A stretch of DNA of 64,000 nt from a virus, in the IMG/VR virus record IMGVR_UViG_3300031952_000004, positions 45,586-109,585 of that record; one strand, given 5' to 3'. The translations under genes and the position numbers were made by a program. Of the stretch, positions 47,057 through 56,885 are shown in pieces (position 1 is the stretch's first letter; the number at the start of each line of letters is the position of its first letter). The notes under the pieces are model-generated. The model had not been told where the DNA came from. It ran no database searches and worked only from the letters and a program-made list of their open reading frames with translations.

Positions 47057-47326
47057 TTAGTTAATTCGTTCTATTGTTTTACCATTATCATTAAGAAGAT
47101 AAACATTATTGACATCAACTACAATAACTTGAGCCAAAATTTGTTCAGCTTTAAACATATAAATCTTCTTAACTGAATCATTATCAATAATTATACTTCT
47201 CATTAACATAAATTGTTTATTCAAATCAGCATCTTGTGCATTTTTTACAGTAGTTTCGATAACCTCTACTGTCTCAATTTTATCAAAAAACTTCCACCCA
47301 CAATTCATTTGAACTTTCATTATCAT
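47057..47326 (-). CDS. Small beta protein
   Basis: Ends VYLLNDNGKTIERI, a C-terminal motif seen in small phage proteins. Confidence 0.6.
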   Translation of the reverse strand: MIMKVQMNCGWKFFDKIETVEVIETTVKNAQDADLNKQFMLMRSIIIDNDSVKKIYMFKAEQILAQVIVVDVNNVYLLNDNGKTIERIN

Positions 47327-47535
47327 TTTTCTTCCTCCTTTTTATCTGCCTTTCTATCTATCTTCCTTCTCTCTTTTTTAGGTTTAATTTCTTTTATTAA
47401 TGATAAATCCCATTTTAATGCTTCAAAAATATGTTCAACCTTTGAAATTATACTTCTTTCTATCATTTTAGACCACGCAATCTTGGATTTATCTAATAAA
47501 TCTACAGTATTTTCATCAAAAGCAATTGGAATCAT
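47323..47535 (-). CDS. C-terminal fragment of split family B DNA polymerase
   Basis: IAF...IAWSKMIE..I..KVEHIFEALKW matches the PolB C-terminal IDW..MIE..I...E.I..A.GW pattern. Confidence 0.72.
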   Translation of the reverse strand: MIPIAFDENTVDLLDKSKIAWSKMIERSIISKVEHIFEALKWDLSLIKEIKPKKERRKIDRKADKKEEEK

Positions 47536-48080
47536 TATTTTGCTCCTTTTTTTAAATTATCAACTGCCCACAGAGGTTGTAAGTTAGTATAATGAAAACA
47601 TTTGCGTTGTTCTGACTTTTTTCGCAAATCAAATGAAGCACAGGGTTTAATATGGTCTATGTGCCACAATCCATAGTTAGACCACGACATATTTTTTAAA
47701 AACTGTGATTCTAAATGTTGTTTTAATTCTTTTAAAGAACAACCAATTAATTTCAATATGGAAGTAGATTTATGAATTTTTTTTAATACTTTTCGCAATC
47801 TTTGTCTAAGACAAATTCGTATTCTAAAATTAATATCTCTATGGTACCTATTATATTTGTAAACATTATCTTGTTCGATGGTTTCTTTTTTATGGTCTTG
47901 ATAATACTTTTTTCTTTGTAAACTTATTTTTTCTTTATTTAGTCGGTCATACTCTTTTTTATATAAAGCAATTTCTTTTTTATGAATTTTATTATAAATT
48001 TTTCGAATTAAAAGAATTTTTTTCTTATGTAATTGATAATATTCTTTTGCGTATTGTTTCCAATCTTCTTTAGTCCACAT
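47535..48080 (-). CDS. HNH endonuclease inserted in polB
   Basis: WHIDHIKPCASFDL..CFHYTNLQPLWAVDNLKKG; start at MWTKEDW overlaps the pol stop. Confidence 0.88.
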   Translation of the reverse strand: MWTKEDWKQYAKEYYQLHKKKILLIRKIYNKIHKKEIALYKKEYDRLNKEKISLQRKKYYQDHKKETIEQDNVYKYNRYHRDINFRIRICLRQRLRKVLKKIHKSTSILKLIGCSLKELKQHLESQFLKNMSWSNYGLWHIDHIKPCASFDLRKKSEQRKCFHYTNLQPLWAVDNLKKGAK

Positions 48081-51000
48081 AATAAATCCACCAATAATTA
48101 TCACCCAATTGCTTATCAAATTTTCCAAATATTTTTTTGCTATTATTTTTTGCTTGAATATGAATTGGTAATTTTCTAATAAAAGTTGTTCCTTTAGCAT
48201 TTGTTACTATAGTTTTGTACTCTCCATCTTGTTTTGTTAATCTTGCAGGAAATCCAATATCTTGCAGGGGTAATGTTTTAATCTTTTCTTTTTCAGAATT
48301 AATCCATTTTACTATTTCTTCTTGTGGTTCTTCATTCATAATCTTTTCAATTAAAATCGTTTGAAATTCTTTAATGAATTTTGAACTATCTTTTCTTTTG
48401 GCTTCTATACCTTTGATTTCTTCTTTTAATTTTCCATTTAATTTTCTTAAATATCCTTTATAATGGCACATAGCTACGATTAAAATTTTTTCAAATCTAC
48501 CTTCACATTCAAATTTAATATCAATTCTTTCTCTATTATATCTTTCTTTAGCCCATTGTTGTATTAATTGATTAAACAATTCTGTAGGATTTTCTTTTGA
48601 TTCTATCATAATACCATCAGTATCCAAATAAATAACATTGATTCCTTTTTCTTTTATTTTATCTTCTGTATAATGAAGTAAATCTCTTGCAATTGAAGTA
48701 ATTGCTGAAGCAATATGAACATTATAAAGTCTAAAAATCTTTAATCCACATACTCCAAAAAGAGAATTAACAACCGCTTTGATTGCATCATATTTTATTT
48801 GTAAATCTTTACCTTCTTCAGATTCTGGATTTGCTTGTTCTAATTCTTTTTTAATAGTATCTTTTTTATTTAATAATTTTCTTGCAATAATTGGTAATAA
48901 AGTATTTTGATTTTGTGTCATGTAAATAGAATATTTAAAAGTATTTGTTTCTCTATCAGTAATATCTATTTTCTGACTATGTTTATCTTCTGTTAAATTT
49001 GAAACATCTAAACATAAATTATTAATAATAGATGGATAAGTTCCCGAAATATCCATTTTCCAAATATTATTTTTAAAAAAACCTAAATCTGCTCTACGAT
49101 AAGCTCCTTCAAATTCAATTTCATCAGAAATTTCTTGTCCATAATGTTTAGAGGGTAAAATGATTCCTTTTTGTTTAGCTTCTCGAAGTAGAATCATATC
49201 TATCATTTTAGAATTCCAACAAACATCCGACCACTCGCACATACTCATTCTTCTAAGTTCATCGTAATATTCTACAATTTCTAATTTCTTATCTAAATCT
49301 ATCATCCTTCTTACATCGTTTATATTTTTTTCTTTAATTTCATCAGCCAATCTACTAAAATCTACCTTTTTATAAGACTGTTCTTTTAATTCTTTTTGAC
49401 AAACTGCATCTAAAGCATAAGAAGATTCTGTACGGTAAATTTTCTTATACATTTCTAAATAATCCATAACACTTATACCAGCAGGAATAAGATTTGGTTC
49501 TACTTCTTGTTTACCCCCCAAATATCTTGCTTGAGCAATTGGACTTAACATTTCTGCCAATTCACATCCAAATAATTTTTTATATCGGGCACAAAGATAA
49601 CGCCAATCGAATTCAATAAAATTCCAACCGCAATTATGTGTAAGCAAATTATTTGCTATAAATAAATGATGTTTGTCCAGAGTAATATCTATTAACTTTA
49701 AATTTTTTATATTTTTAATTTGTTTTATTGAATTAAAAAAATATGTGTTTATATATTTATTCAATTCATCTAATTTTGTTATTTGATACTTGGATAGTTT
49801 GTTAGTTTTTATTATATCGATAATATAATGCACAAATTCTCTTGTAATTGTTTGATTTGAACAAAAAAGTTTCATTTTATCTTTATAGGAAAGTTTAACA
49901 TTCCATTCTTCGATAAGTTTTAATAATAAATTTTTAATGGGAATGGTATCTATATGATTAACTGTATGTTTTAAAAATAACTTCTTTTTTGGATGTTTTA
50001 AAAATAAACGATAATTCTTAGAAGAACTATAAATTCTTAAAGTATAACATTTTTGTTTTGATTTTTTACCCGAATATCCATTATCTTTTTTATTCGGGAT
50101 TCCGATTCCCCACAAAACCCAAGACATCCAATCAATCAAAACTTCATTAGTATTGCTAAATGATAAACTATTTCCTGTATAAGTGCCATCTGCATCTATC
50201 AACCCACTAATAATATTAGTTTGTTGATTTGTATTTAATCCATAAAGATAAATACTTAAATTTTTATACAATATATCTATACTTTTTTTCCAATCATTAG
50301 CTTTTAAAGAATTTTTGCTATATAGATGATAACAATTATTATACTTATGAAGATACATGGCTATTCCATTTCTATTGAGTATTTTTTTAACTATACCCAT
50401 CATTTCTTCATTGTCATCTCTTACTTCCAATCGATTCTGTTTACCTTTTGTACCATCTCCCAAATAATACCCCACAAACCAAAAATATTCATCTTCTTGT
50501 CCATAATAGGGTAAATAATTTATTGGGGTTAAAATAAAATCCTTTTTTGTTAATTCTTTTGCTTGTTTTATTGTTTTAAAATTATCATGTTTATAAACTA
50601 AATTATTAAGATTAGTAATTAAAAATGGATGATTTTTTGAAGATTTGATTGTATTTGTTCTTGTTTGTATTTCTAATCCTTCTTCTTGTTTCTTTGATAT
50701 TCTGATAATTTTTGCTTTTGTAAAATCATTATGGCGATTAATTGATAACACTTCCTCTTCTAATTCTATATCTTTTAAAATTTTAAAACCTTTATGGGTT
50801 TTAATTTTTGTATTTTCATCTAAACACAATAAATCAAATTGTTGCTCTTTTATCCATTTAACGAAGGCATCCAATAATTTTTTTTCTAATTCACTCCAAT
50901 CTTTAACAGCAATTCTAGGGTCTAAATAATCTTTTAAATAAAATGTTTTAATCTCTTCTGTATAAGAATTAGAACATGAAATACATGAAATCGGCTGTTC

Positions 51001-51354
51001 TGGATAAAGATAATTGGGTAATTCTTTAGTAAGAACTTCGATGTCTATGAAAGAATACTTTAAATCTGATTTACCAAAACTGACGATTTTATCTATAATA
51101 TATCGCTTTGTGAAAAGTATATCGGCTTCATAACTTCCTTCATCTCTACGATTCTTTACATCAGAAGGACGAGAACAAAGGACTTTATTAACTTTTTTAT
51201 TGTCTATTGTTTTAAAAATTCCAGTAGGCGAGACTTGATAGAAATAAGGAAAGAAAGTTTTATCCTTAAACAAAGAAAGAGTTTTTCCGATTCTATGCCA
51301 CACATAAATTTCTCTCCCCACATTAGCAATATTACAAACGTTAAAGTTTAACAT
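48070..51354 (-). CDS. polB: Family B DNA polymerase, intein-containing, C-terminally truncated
   Basis: Exo I DIE, Exo II GWNFIEFD, DISGTYPS, K..VNSLFG, YLDTDG, KGIE..R.D. Confidence 0.93.
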   Translation of the reverse strand: MLNFNVCNIANVGREIYVWHRIGKTLSLFKDKTFFPYFYQVSPTGIFKTIDNKKVNKVLCSRPSDVKNRRDEGSYEADILFTKRYIIDKIVSFGKSDLKYSFIDIEVLTKELPNYLYPEQPISCISCSNSYTEEIKTFYLKDYLDPRIAVKDWSELEKKLLDAFVKWIKEQQFDLLCLDENTKIKTHKGFKILKDIELEEEVLSINRHNDFTKAKIIRISKKQEEGLEIQTRTNTIKSSKNHPFLITNLNNLVYKHDNFKTIKQAKELTKKDFILTPINYLPYYGQEDEYFWFVGYYLGDGTKGKQNRLEVRDDNEEMMGIVKKILNRNGIAMYLHKYNNCYHLYSKNSLKANDWKKSIDILYKNLSIYLYGLNTNQQTNIISGLIDADGTYTGNSLSFSNTNEVLIDWMSWVLWGIGIPNKKDNGYSGKKSKQKCYTLRIYSSSKNYRLFLKHPKKKLFLKHTVNHIDTIPIKNLLLKLIEEWNVKLSYKDKMKLFCSNQTITREFVHYIIDIIKTNKLSKYQITKLDELNKYINTYFFNSIKQIKNIKNLKLIDITLDKHHLFIANNLLTHNCGWNFIEFDWRYLCARYKKLFGCELAEMLSPIAQARYLGGKQEVEPNLIPAGISVMDYLEMYKKIYRTESSYALDAVCQKELKEQSYKKVDFSRLADEIKEKNINDVRRMIDLDKKLEIVEYYDELRRMSMCEWSDVCWNSKMIDMILLREAKQKGIILPSKHYGQEISDEIEFEGAYRRADLGFFKNNIWKMDISGTYPSIINNLCLDVSNLTEDKHSQKIDITDRETNTFKYSIYMTQNQNTLLPIIARKLLNKKDTIKKELEQANPESEEGKDLQIKYDAIKAVVNSLFGVCGLKIFRLYNVHIASAITSIARDLLHYTEDKIKEKGINVIYLDTDGIMIESKENPTELFNQLIQQWAKERYNRERIDIKFECEGRFEKILIVAMCHYKGYLRKLNGKLKEEIKGIEAKRKDSSKFIKEFQTILIEKIMNEEPQEEIVKWINSEKEKIKTLPLQDIGFPARLTKQDGEYKTIVTNAKGTTFIRKLPIHIQAKNNSKKIFGKFDKQLGDNYWWIYYVD
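49633..50826 (-). mobile_element. Intein (398 aa) with LAGLIDADG endonuclease in PolB exonuclease domain
   Basis: Starts CLDENTKI, SKNHP, VGYYLGDG, ISGLIDADG, ends FIANNLLTHN, followed by Cys. Confidence 0.93.
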
Positions 51355-51475
51355 AATATTTTTTTTAAATTAAATAAAATTAAACAAAATTTATCAAACC
51401 AATTCATTTCTATCTCTATCCATAGTTTATTATCTTTAATATAACTTTTTGATTTTCTCAAATAAAAAGGTAATT

Positions 51476-52099
51476 TCATTTTATCTCCAATCCACAATTA
51501 CCACAATTATTCGATAATTCATTTTTTAAAGGTATTTCACATTGACAAGGAATTCCATTTGTATTATCTACTGGAGTAATCAAATCTTTTGTTGCTGCTA
51601 TATAATCTGCGGTATAAACTACTAACTCTAATAAAGTATAATCTTTTATTTCTTTTTTAATACTTGCTGGAGTCCATCGACCCATATGATAACGAATACA
51701 ATTATCAATTTTTTGAATTAATTCTATAGATAAAATTTCTTTTGCATAACATAAACAAGCATTAATCGGATGATTTTCAAAATCTGCATAAGTATATTTT
51801 GGGTCATTGGATGGAGTTTTCGCAATATCATGTAAAATAGTAGCAGCCAAAACTATATCTCGGTCAAGATTAAAAATCCCCCATCCTTCACATAATCTAT
51901 TGACTATATATACTACTCTTTTAACATGAATAATTAATCCACCTTTTTTACAAGTACATTGTGGATGATATTTACCTGTTGAAGATGCCATAGCGATAAA
52001 AAAATAATCAGAAGCATTTTGCAAAGTTTTTTTAGTAAAGTCTTTAATTTCTTTATTTTGAATTAAATTAATTTCTTTTTCCAATACATTTTTATTCAT
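51476..52099 (-). CDS. HD-domain phosphohydrolase (YhaM-like)
   Basis: ASSTGKYH..GGL..H, LHDIAK, HP, HMG.W, ADY. Confidence 0.82.
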   Translation of the reverse strand: MNKNVLEKEINLIQNKEIKDFTKKTLQNASDYFFIAMASSTGKYHPQCTCKKGGLIIHVKRVVYIVNRLCEGWGIFNLDRDIVLAATILHDIAKTPSNDPKYTYADFENHPINACLCYAKEILSIELIQKIDNCIRYHMGRWTPASIKKEIKDYTLLELVVYTADYIAATKDLITPVDNTNGIPCQCEIPLKNELSNNCGNCGLEIK

Positions 52100-52100
52100 T

Positions 52101-52163
52101 TTATGCACCCCCAAAACATCCTATTCCTGGTTTTCGTTTATAAATGGGTTTTAGGTTTTTAAA
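52101..52163 (-). pseudogene. Relic copy of terminase C-terminal coding sequence
   Basis: FKNLKPIYKRKPGIGCFGGA* versus TerL end EEIKPITRKKPGLGYFGEI*; no start codon. Confidence 0.7.
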
Positions 52164-52401
52164 TTAAAGCTATAATTATTAATATCCTTAAAAATGTAAT
52201 AATAATTAAACCTATTCCTATACCTATAATATTAGCTAACATATCTAACCAATCAAAACCTGTTCCATAAAAACGGTCATATATTTCTTTAAAAAATCCT
52301 AATAATAACGTTAATAATACTCCTAATGTTATACCTAAAAATAATCCTAATAAAATCATTAATGTTAAAGATACATAAAAATGCAATAATTTATCTTCCA
52401 T
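52159..52401 (-). CDS. Small membrane protein (VanZ/YfiM-like)
   Basis: DKLLHF..KEIYD...GF.WLD.LAN..G motif. Confidence 0.65.
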   Translation of the reverse strand: MEDKLLHFYVSLTLMILLGLFLGITLGVLLTLLLGFFKEIYDRFYGTGFDWLDMLANIIGIGIGLIIITFLRILIIIALI

Positions 52402-54995
52402 TAAATTTCTCCAAAATAACCCAAACCTGGTTTTTTTCTTGTTATAGGTTTAATTTCTTCCATTTCTTTTAAAAAATGAGTAATAGCAAATACTTGAAAT
52501 GCTTGAAATAAATGATTTGCTCCTTTACAACTATATAATATTTTTCCTTGTTTACTTCTTACTACTATAATATTATTTATTTGAGTATCTAATTTAATAT
52601 CTTCATAACATTGTATTTTCTTATTATAAAAAATATCCTTTAAACATTGAATAGACCAATCTACAACGTTTGCTTTTTTCATAACAGGATGTCCTTCTTT
52701 ATCTCTTATTTCTTTACCTTTATCATCTCTTTCAAAATCTATTTCTATATTAGAATTAAAATCTATAGGGATGATATTTTCTGGGTATTTTTTAATTAAA
52801 TGACTATATAAAGATTTCCCTACACCACTAGAATGGTCTAATCCTACAATATTAGGTTGTAAAATTTCTATTAAATATTCTATAAAATCCTTTTCTTCAT
52901 CTGGAGATAATTGAAAAGTAGTAATTCTATAAATATATTTATAAATTTTATTTGTTTTAGAAACGATAATATATTCCGAAGGTGCTCCGCCTTCTCCTAC
53001 GTCGAAATAAATTCCTAAACTTTCTGCATTATTTGGTTTTTCTATAATAATAATTTCTTTATATCTAAAATAACTATCTTTATTTACTTCGAATGATTTT
53101 ATAGGAATACCCATACCCTGCTTATCTAAAATATAAGTTTGTCTAATTCGTTGAATATCAAATACACTTTCTGCTCCTTCGATGACTTTTCCATCTATTT
53201 GAACTTGATATCCGATAGAATCCTTTCCTCCGAATTCCTTTATAGCGTCTGCTTCTTTTTTATCGTTCCAAGTCGGATTCACGTAAGAAGGAAGATTAAC
53301 AATTTTCTTTTTATTTTCTAAATTAAAAAATATTTCTCCCATTGGAGATGTTTTTGTAAAAGTTGTCATACCGCTATTATGAACAATAAATCCATTAGCT
53401 ATAAATGAATGACATTTAGTTTCTATATCATATACTTGTTGATTTTCTAAATATCCTTTACATTTTATCTGTTCTTTATTAAATATTGGTCTACGAATAT
53501 TAAGAATAGTTTTCCTATATCTTAATCCTTTTTTACAAGGCATTTCGTAAAAAGGTAACTCATATTTGTTAATCGAAAACTGCACAGATTTATTAGATTC
53601 TCTATAATTTTTACAATATTTTAGTTTTAATATATTTAAAATAGATTCTATTTTTTCAACTTTATTCCTATTAGTTTTATTTGATTGGGTAATCATCATG
53701 GAACCATCATTTCCCAAATATCCATCTCCAATAATAAATCCAATTAAAAAACCATACATACTATCTTTCAATATTTCTAATTCTTTATATGCTTGTAACA
53801 TTATATAATTGCTATTTCTATTAATATTAAATCTATATGGAGTTTTTTTGTTCCAACCATGTTTTTTTTGTTCTATTTTAGTATACATTATATTCAATTT
53901 TTGTAATAACCATTCAATAAAATCAACTTCATCTGATTGATGTATTATAAATTGATGTAAGATTTCTTCTTTTCCTTTTAATATATAATGAGAACCATCA
54001 CTTTCTATTAAACCTATTAATACCCCTCTTAAATAATAATCTATATTATGCAGATAATTAATACTTTTCATAAAATATTTATATCTCATACATCCATAGG
54101 CTTCTCGCCATTTATAAACTTTATCTCCTTCACTCAAACACCGAATTTTATGTTCGGGAGTTAACCACAGTTCATTTCGACTATCATCTATTTTAATAAC
54201 ATCTCGTATTCCAGAATCAAATAAATTTAGTACTTCAGTTTCTATTAGAGAATTTTGTTTTTCATCCCAAGCAATAATTAAATCGTTTTGTTGTATATCT
54301 TCTATATTTTTGGTAGAAAAATCAAACATTAATATTTTAGTTCCTTCTCTAATACAAAAACGATTTATACATCCTTTTTCAGATTGAGCCATTAACATTT
54401 TTCCAGAAACATCTTTAGTAAGATAACTAGATTCTTCCATATATTGTCTATCATAATGTTTACCGAAATATTGTCCACCTGGATTTTTACCTGTAATATT
54501 TTGATTAACACTTTCTAATAAAAGTCCACTATCAAAATTTAATTTATAGGTGGGACTCCGTAAGGGATGACAATTTAAAAATTTCATTATTTTATGATTC
54601 TCAAAACAATTAATTAATTTTTCAAAGATTTCTAATAAATGTAGTTTATCATAAGAAGAAATAACAGCCCATTTATAAACTTGATTAAAAGTACAAACTA
54701 AAACATCTATTGTAATAGCAATAATAGATTTGCCTGTAAGACGACCTCCTAATGCATAACTTTCTGCTAGATTATTTTTTACTTCCCAATTCTTTTCTTT
54801 AGATAATTTTTTATCTTCTAAAAATAAAGAATCATAACTCAACATAGGATATTGATATAATCTTATAAACCCAAATTTATTCTTATCAAAAACTCCTAGA
54901 GAATCAAAATCGTGAAATAAAATCTGAGATGCACTTATTGGATGAGTCATTACTTCAAAAAATATTAAATCTTCTTGTTTAATTTTTAGTATCAT
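52401..54995 (-). CDS. terL: Terminase large subunit, intein-containing
   Basis: RLYQ Q-motif, GGRLTGKS Walker A, YMEES Walker B, SGMT coupling motif, nuclease domain IYFDVG. Confidence 0.8.
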   Translation of the reverse strand: MILKIKQEDLIFFEVMTHPISASQILFHDFDSLGVFDKNKFGFIRLYQYPMLSYDSLFLEDKKLSKEKNWEVKNNLAESYALGGRLTGKSIIAITIDVLVCTFNQVYKWAVISSYDKLHLLEIFEKLINCFENHKIMKFLNCHPLRSPTYKLNFDSGLLLESVNQNITGKNPGGQYFGKHYDRQYMEESSYLTKDVSGKMLMAQSEKGCINRFCIREGTKILMFDFSTKNIEDIQQNDLIIAWDEKQNSLIETEVLNLFDSGIRDVIKIDDSRNELWLTPEHKIRCLSEGDKVYKWREAYGCMRYKYFMKSINYLHNIDYYLRGVLIGLIESDGSHYILKGKEEILHQFIIHQSDEVDFIEWLLQKLNIMYTKIEQKKHGWNKKTPYRFNINRNSNYIMLQAYKELEILKDSMYGFLIGFIIGDGYLGNDGSMMITQSNKTNRNKVEKIESILNILKLKYCKNYRESNKSVQFSINKYELPFYEMPCKKGLRYRKTILNIRRPIFNKEQIKCKGYLENQQVYDIETKCHSFIANGFIVHNSGMTTFTKTSPMGEIFFNLENKKKIVNLPSYVNPTWNDKKEADAIKEFGGKDSIGYQVQIDGKVIEGAESVFDIQRIRQTYILDKQGMGIPIKSFEVNKDSYFRYKEIIIIEKPNNAESLGIYFDVGEGGAPSEYIIVSKTNKIYKYIYRITTFQLSPDEEKDFIEYLIEILQPNIVGLDHSSGVGKSLYSHLIKKYPENIIPIDFNSNIEIDFERDDKGKEIRDKEGHPVMKKANVVDWSIQCLKDIFYNKKIQCYEDIKLDTQINNIIVVRSKQGKILYSCKGANHLFQAFQVFAITHFLKEMEEIKPITRKKPGLGYFGEI
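53376..54356 (-). mobile_element. Intein (327 aa) with LAGLIDADG endonuclease in TerL
   Basis: Starts CIREGTKI, LTPEHK, LIGLIESDG, LIGFIIGDG, ends VYDIET..FIANGFIVHN, followed by Ser. Confidence 0.93.
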
Positions 54996-54999
54996 AAAT

Positions 55000-55179
55000 C
55001 TAATTCTCCAAAAAATATTTAAAATACACAAACCAATAATCTCTATTATAATTAACTTTTGAATTACAACTATTACAAACTGTAATTAAATTATTTTCGT
55101 TACAATTTTGTTTATCATAATCGATGTGATGAATTAATATTCTTTTTTCTTGTTTAGTTAGATTTTTATTGGTAATCAT
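55000..55179 (-). pseudogene. HNH catalytic-domain-only remnant (59 aa, not in ORF track)
   Basis: IHHIDYDKQNCNENNLITVCNSCN..NRDYWFVYFKYFLEN; its last codons hold the GGAG RBS of terL. Confidence 0.75.
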
Positions 55180-55439
55180 CTTATTTCTTGATAATATTTT
55201 TTTAAATTTTCAATAGTAGCAGGAATTATGGTTTGCGTAAGATTATTACATTTTTTACATAATTTTTCAAAACATAAATCAATTCTGCATTTGGGATATT
55301 TATTTTTTATTATTTTTAAATTATTAATTAGTTGTTTTAAATTTTTAGCTTCTGGTAAAGATATTTTGTTAGGAAATTCAACACAATCACAAGGTACTAC
55401 TACTTCAAAAGTAAGATGTTCATCACGAATAGTTTTCAT
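55176..55439 (-). CDS. Small Cys-containing protein
   Basis: CDC..CKKC; RBS upstream. Confidence 0.5.
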   Translation of the reverse strand: MKTIRDEHLTFEVVVPCDCVEFPNKISLPEAKNLKQLINNLKIIKNKYPKCRIDLCFEKLCKKCNNLTQTIIPATIENLKKYYQEIR

Positions 55440-55518
55440 TCTATTCTCCTTTTTTTAAATGCTATCAAAAAACAAATAATTAAACTTGCTATAATAATTA
55501 AAATTCTTTGTAATATAA

Positions 55519-55704
55519 TCATCTTTGTTTTATTTCTCCATTGTAAAGATGTTCAATACAAAAAGAATTTCCCATTCTACATCTAATTATCCCTAACAAT
55601 TCAGAAACTTTCATATTTTCATGTAAAACATAATTTTTGTATTCTTCATTTATAATTCTATGTAAATCAGATTCTAATTCGTGTAATTTTTCTAAATAAG
55701 TCAT
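55519..55704 (-). CDS. Hypothetical protein
   Basis: GGGAG RBS. Confidence 0.5.
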   Translation of the reverse strand: MTYLEKLHELESDLHRIINEEYKNYVLHENMKVSELLGIIRCRMGNSFCIEHLYNGEIKQR

Positions 55705-55719
55705 CTTATTCTCCCTTTT

Positions 55720-55923
55720 TTAAATATAAATTTTCGTAGAGATATGTAATTTAATTGTATTAATTTTTTTAATTATTTCAATTTGTTCGTCTGTAATATA
55801 ACCTTCATAATCAGAATAACCTTTAGCATTTCCTCCTGAATTTTCTAAGCCAAAAGATTCTAATAAATTTCTATTTATTCTATTATCTTCTGGTTGTATT
55901 TGTAACCAAACGAAAGTTTTCAT
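55720..55923 (-). CDS. Hypothetical protein
   Basis: ORF in operon. Confidence 0.5.
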   Translation of the reverse strand: MKTFVWLQIQPEDNRINRNLLESFGLENSGGNAKGYSDYEGYITDEQIEIIKKINTIKLHISTKIYI

Positions 55924-55924
55924 T

Positions 55925-56629
55925 TTATTCTGCCTTTTTTAAATAAATATTTTCATAAATAAAAGTAATATACTTGCTATTAACTCCCATTATTTCTGCA
56001 CAATCTTCTAATGTTACTTTTTTATAATGATACAGTTCCATTAACTTTACATTGTAAAGGGTTGTACCTCTAAACATACTAGCTTTTTCTATATCATAAC
56101 CTTCTAATTTCATAATCTGTCTACTTAATGCTTGACAATATGGGCATTTATAATAAATTTCTCCGCCATGTTCGTTATAATAATTTAATGCTTTTTCTTT
56201 TAATTCGTTCCAAGTATTTATAAAAGAATCGTTTCCTTTATCTTTAAGCATACCTAATTTTTCTTTTAATTGTAAAATTTGGGTATCTAAGTCTAATATT
56301 TTTTCTGTCATTTGAAGAGGAATAGCACCTTGTTTTTCGTCTCCTTCTTTTTTAATAAATGTTTGAATTCTTTCTTTTAAAAGTTCTAAATAAACTAAAT
56401 TAATTAGAGTACTTTTTTCTGCAAGACTTTCAAAAGAATTTTCTTCTACATATTTATAATAAAGAGAAATGGCTCTATCTATCTCTTCATCTTTAAATCC
56501 TATAAAAGAAGTAGTTAATTCTTTTTCTTCTAATTTTCTTTGTGCTAATTTATCTATTTCTTCTTCAGAAAAATCTTTATACTGCTTCAAACCTTTTAAT
56601 CTTTTTATTAATTTATCTTTATCTATCAT
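55925..56629 (-). CDS. Putative terminase small subunit with Zn ribbon/HTH tail
   Basis: Helical LV.LE..I...G..P...I..L..QI..L..LG pattern like P27-type TerS; upstream of terL; C-terminal TLEDCAEIMGVN. Confidence 0.45.
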   Translation of the reverse strand: MIDKDKLIKRLKGLKQYKDFSEEEIDKLAQRKLEEKELTTSFIGFKDEEIDRAISLYYKYVEENSFESLAEKSTLINLVYLELLKERIQTFIKKEGDEKQGAIPLQMTEKILDLDTQILQLKEKLGMLKDKGNDSFINTWNELKEKALNYYNEHGGEIYYKCPYCQALSRQIMKLEGYDIEKASMFRGTTLYNVKLMELYHYKKVTLEDCAEIMGVNSKYITFIYENIYLKKAE

Positions 56630-56879
56630 TGTCTTTTCTCCAATCATTTAAATTTTCATTCCAACGTAATTTATATTGGGTATCCATCCAGAATAATAAC
56701 CAAAGAATTCTAATACTCAATCCTCCTAAATTTAATGATAAAATATTATTACTCCAATAATAATAATTTTCTTCGCACCAATTGTGAAAATCATTTAAAG
56801 TTTGTAATCCTAAATATCTAAAATCTGGTAATTTCTTAGAAGATTTTTTTCTCATTAAAGCATAATAATTTTCGTACAT
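56619..56879 (-). CDS. Hypothetical Trp-rich protein
   Basis: ORF in operon. Confidence 0.5.
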   Translation of the reverse strand: MYENYYALMRKKSSKKLPDFRYLGLQTLNDFHNWCEENYYYWSNNILSLNLGGLSIRILWLLFWMDTQYKLRWNENLNDWRKDNDR

Positions 56880-56885
56880 TATTTT

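Noticed and set aside
47535-48080. Group I intron around the HNH in polB (and in SbcD)
   Set aside because: The HNH ORFs abut or overlap both flanks, leaving no non-coding room for a ribozyme core; not formally excluded without a covariance search
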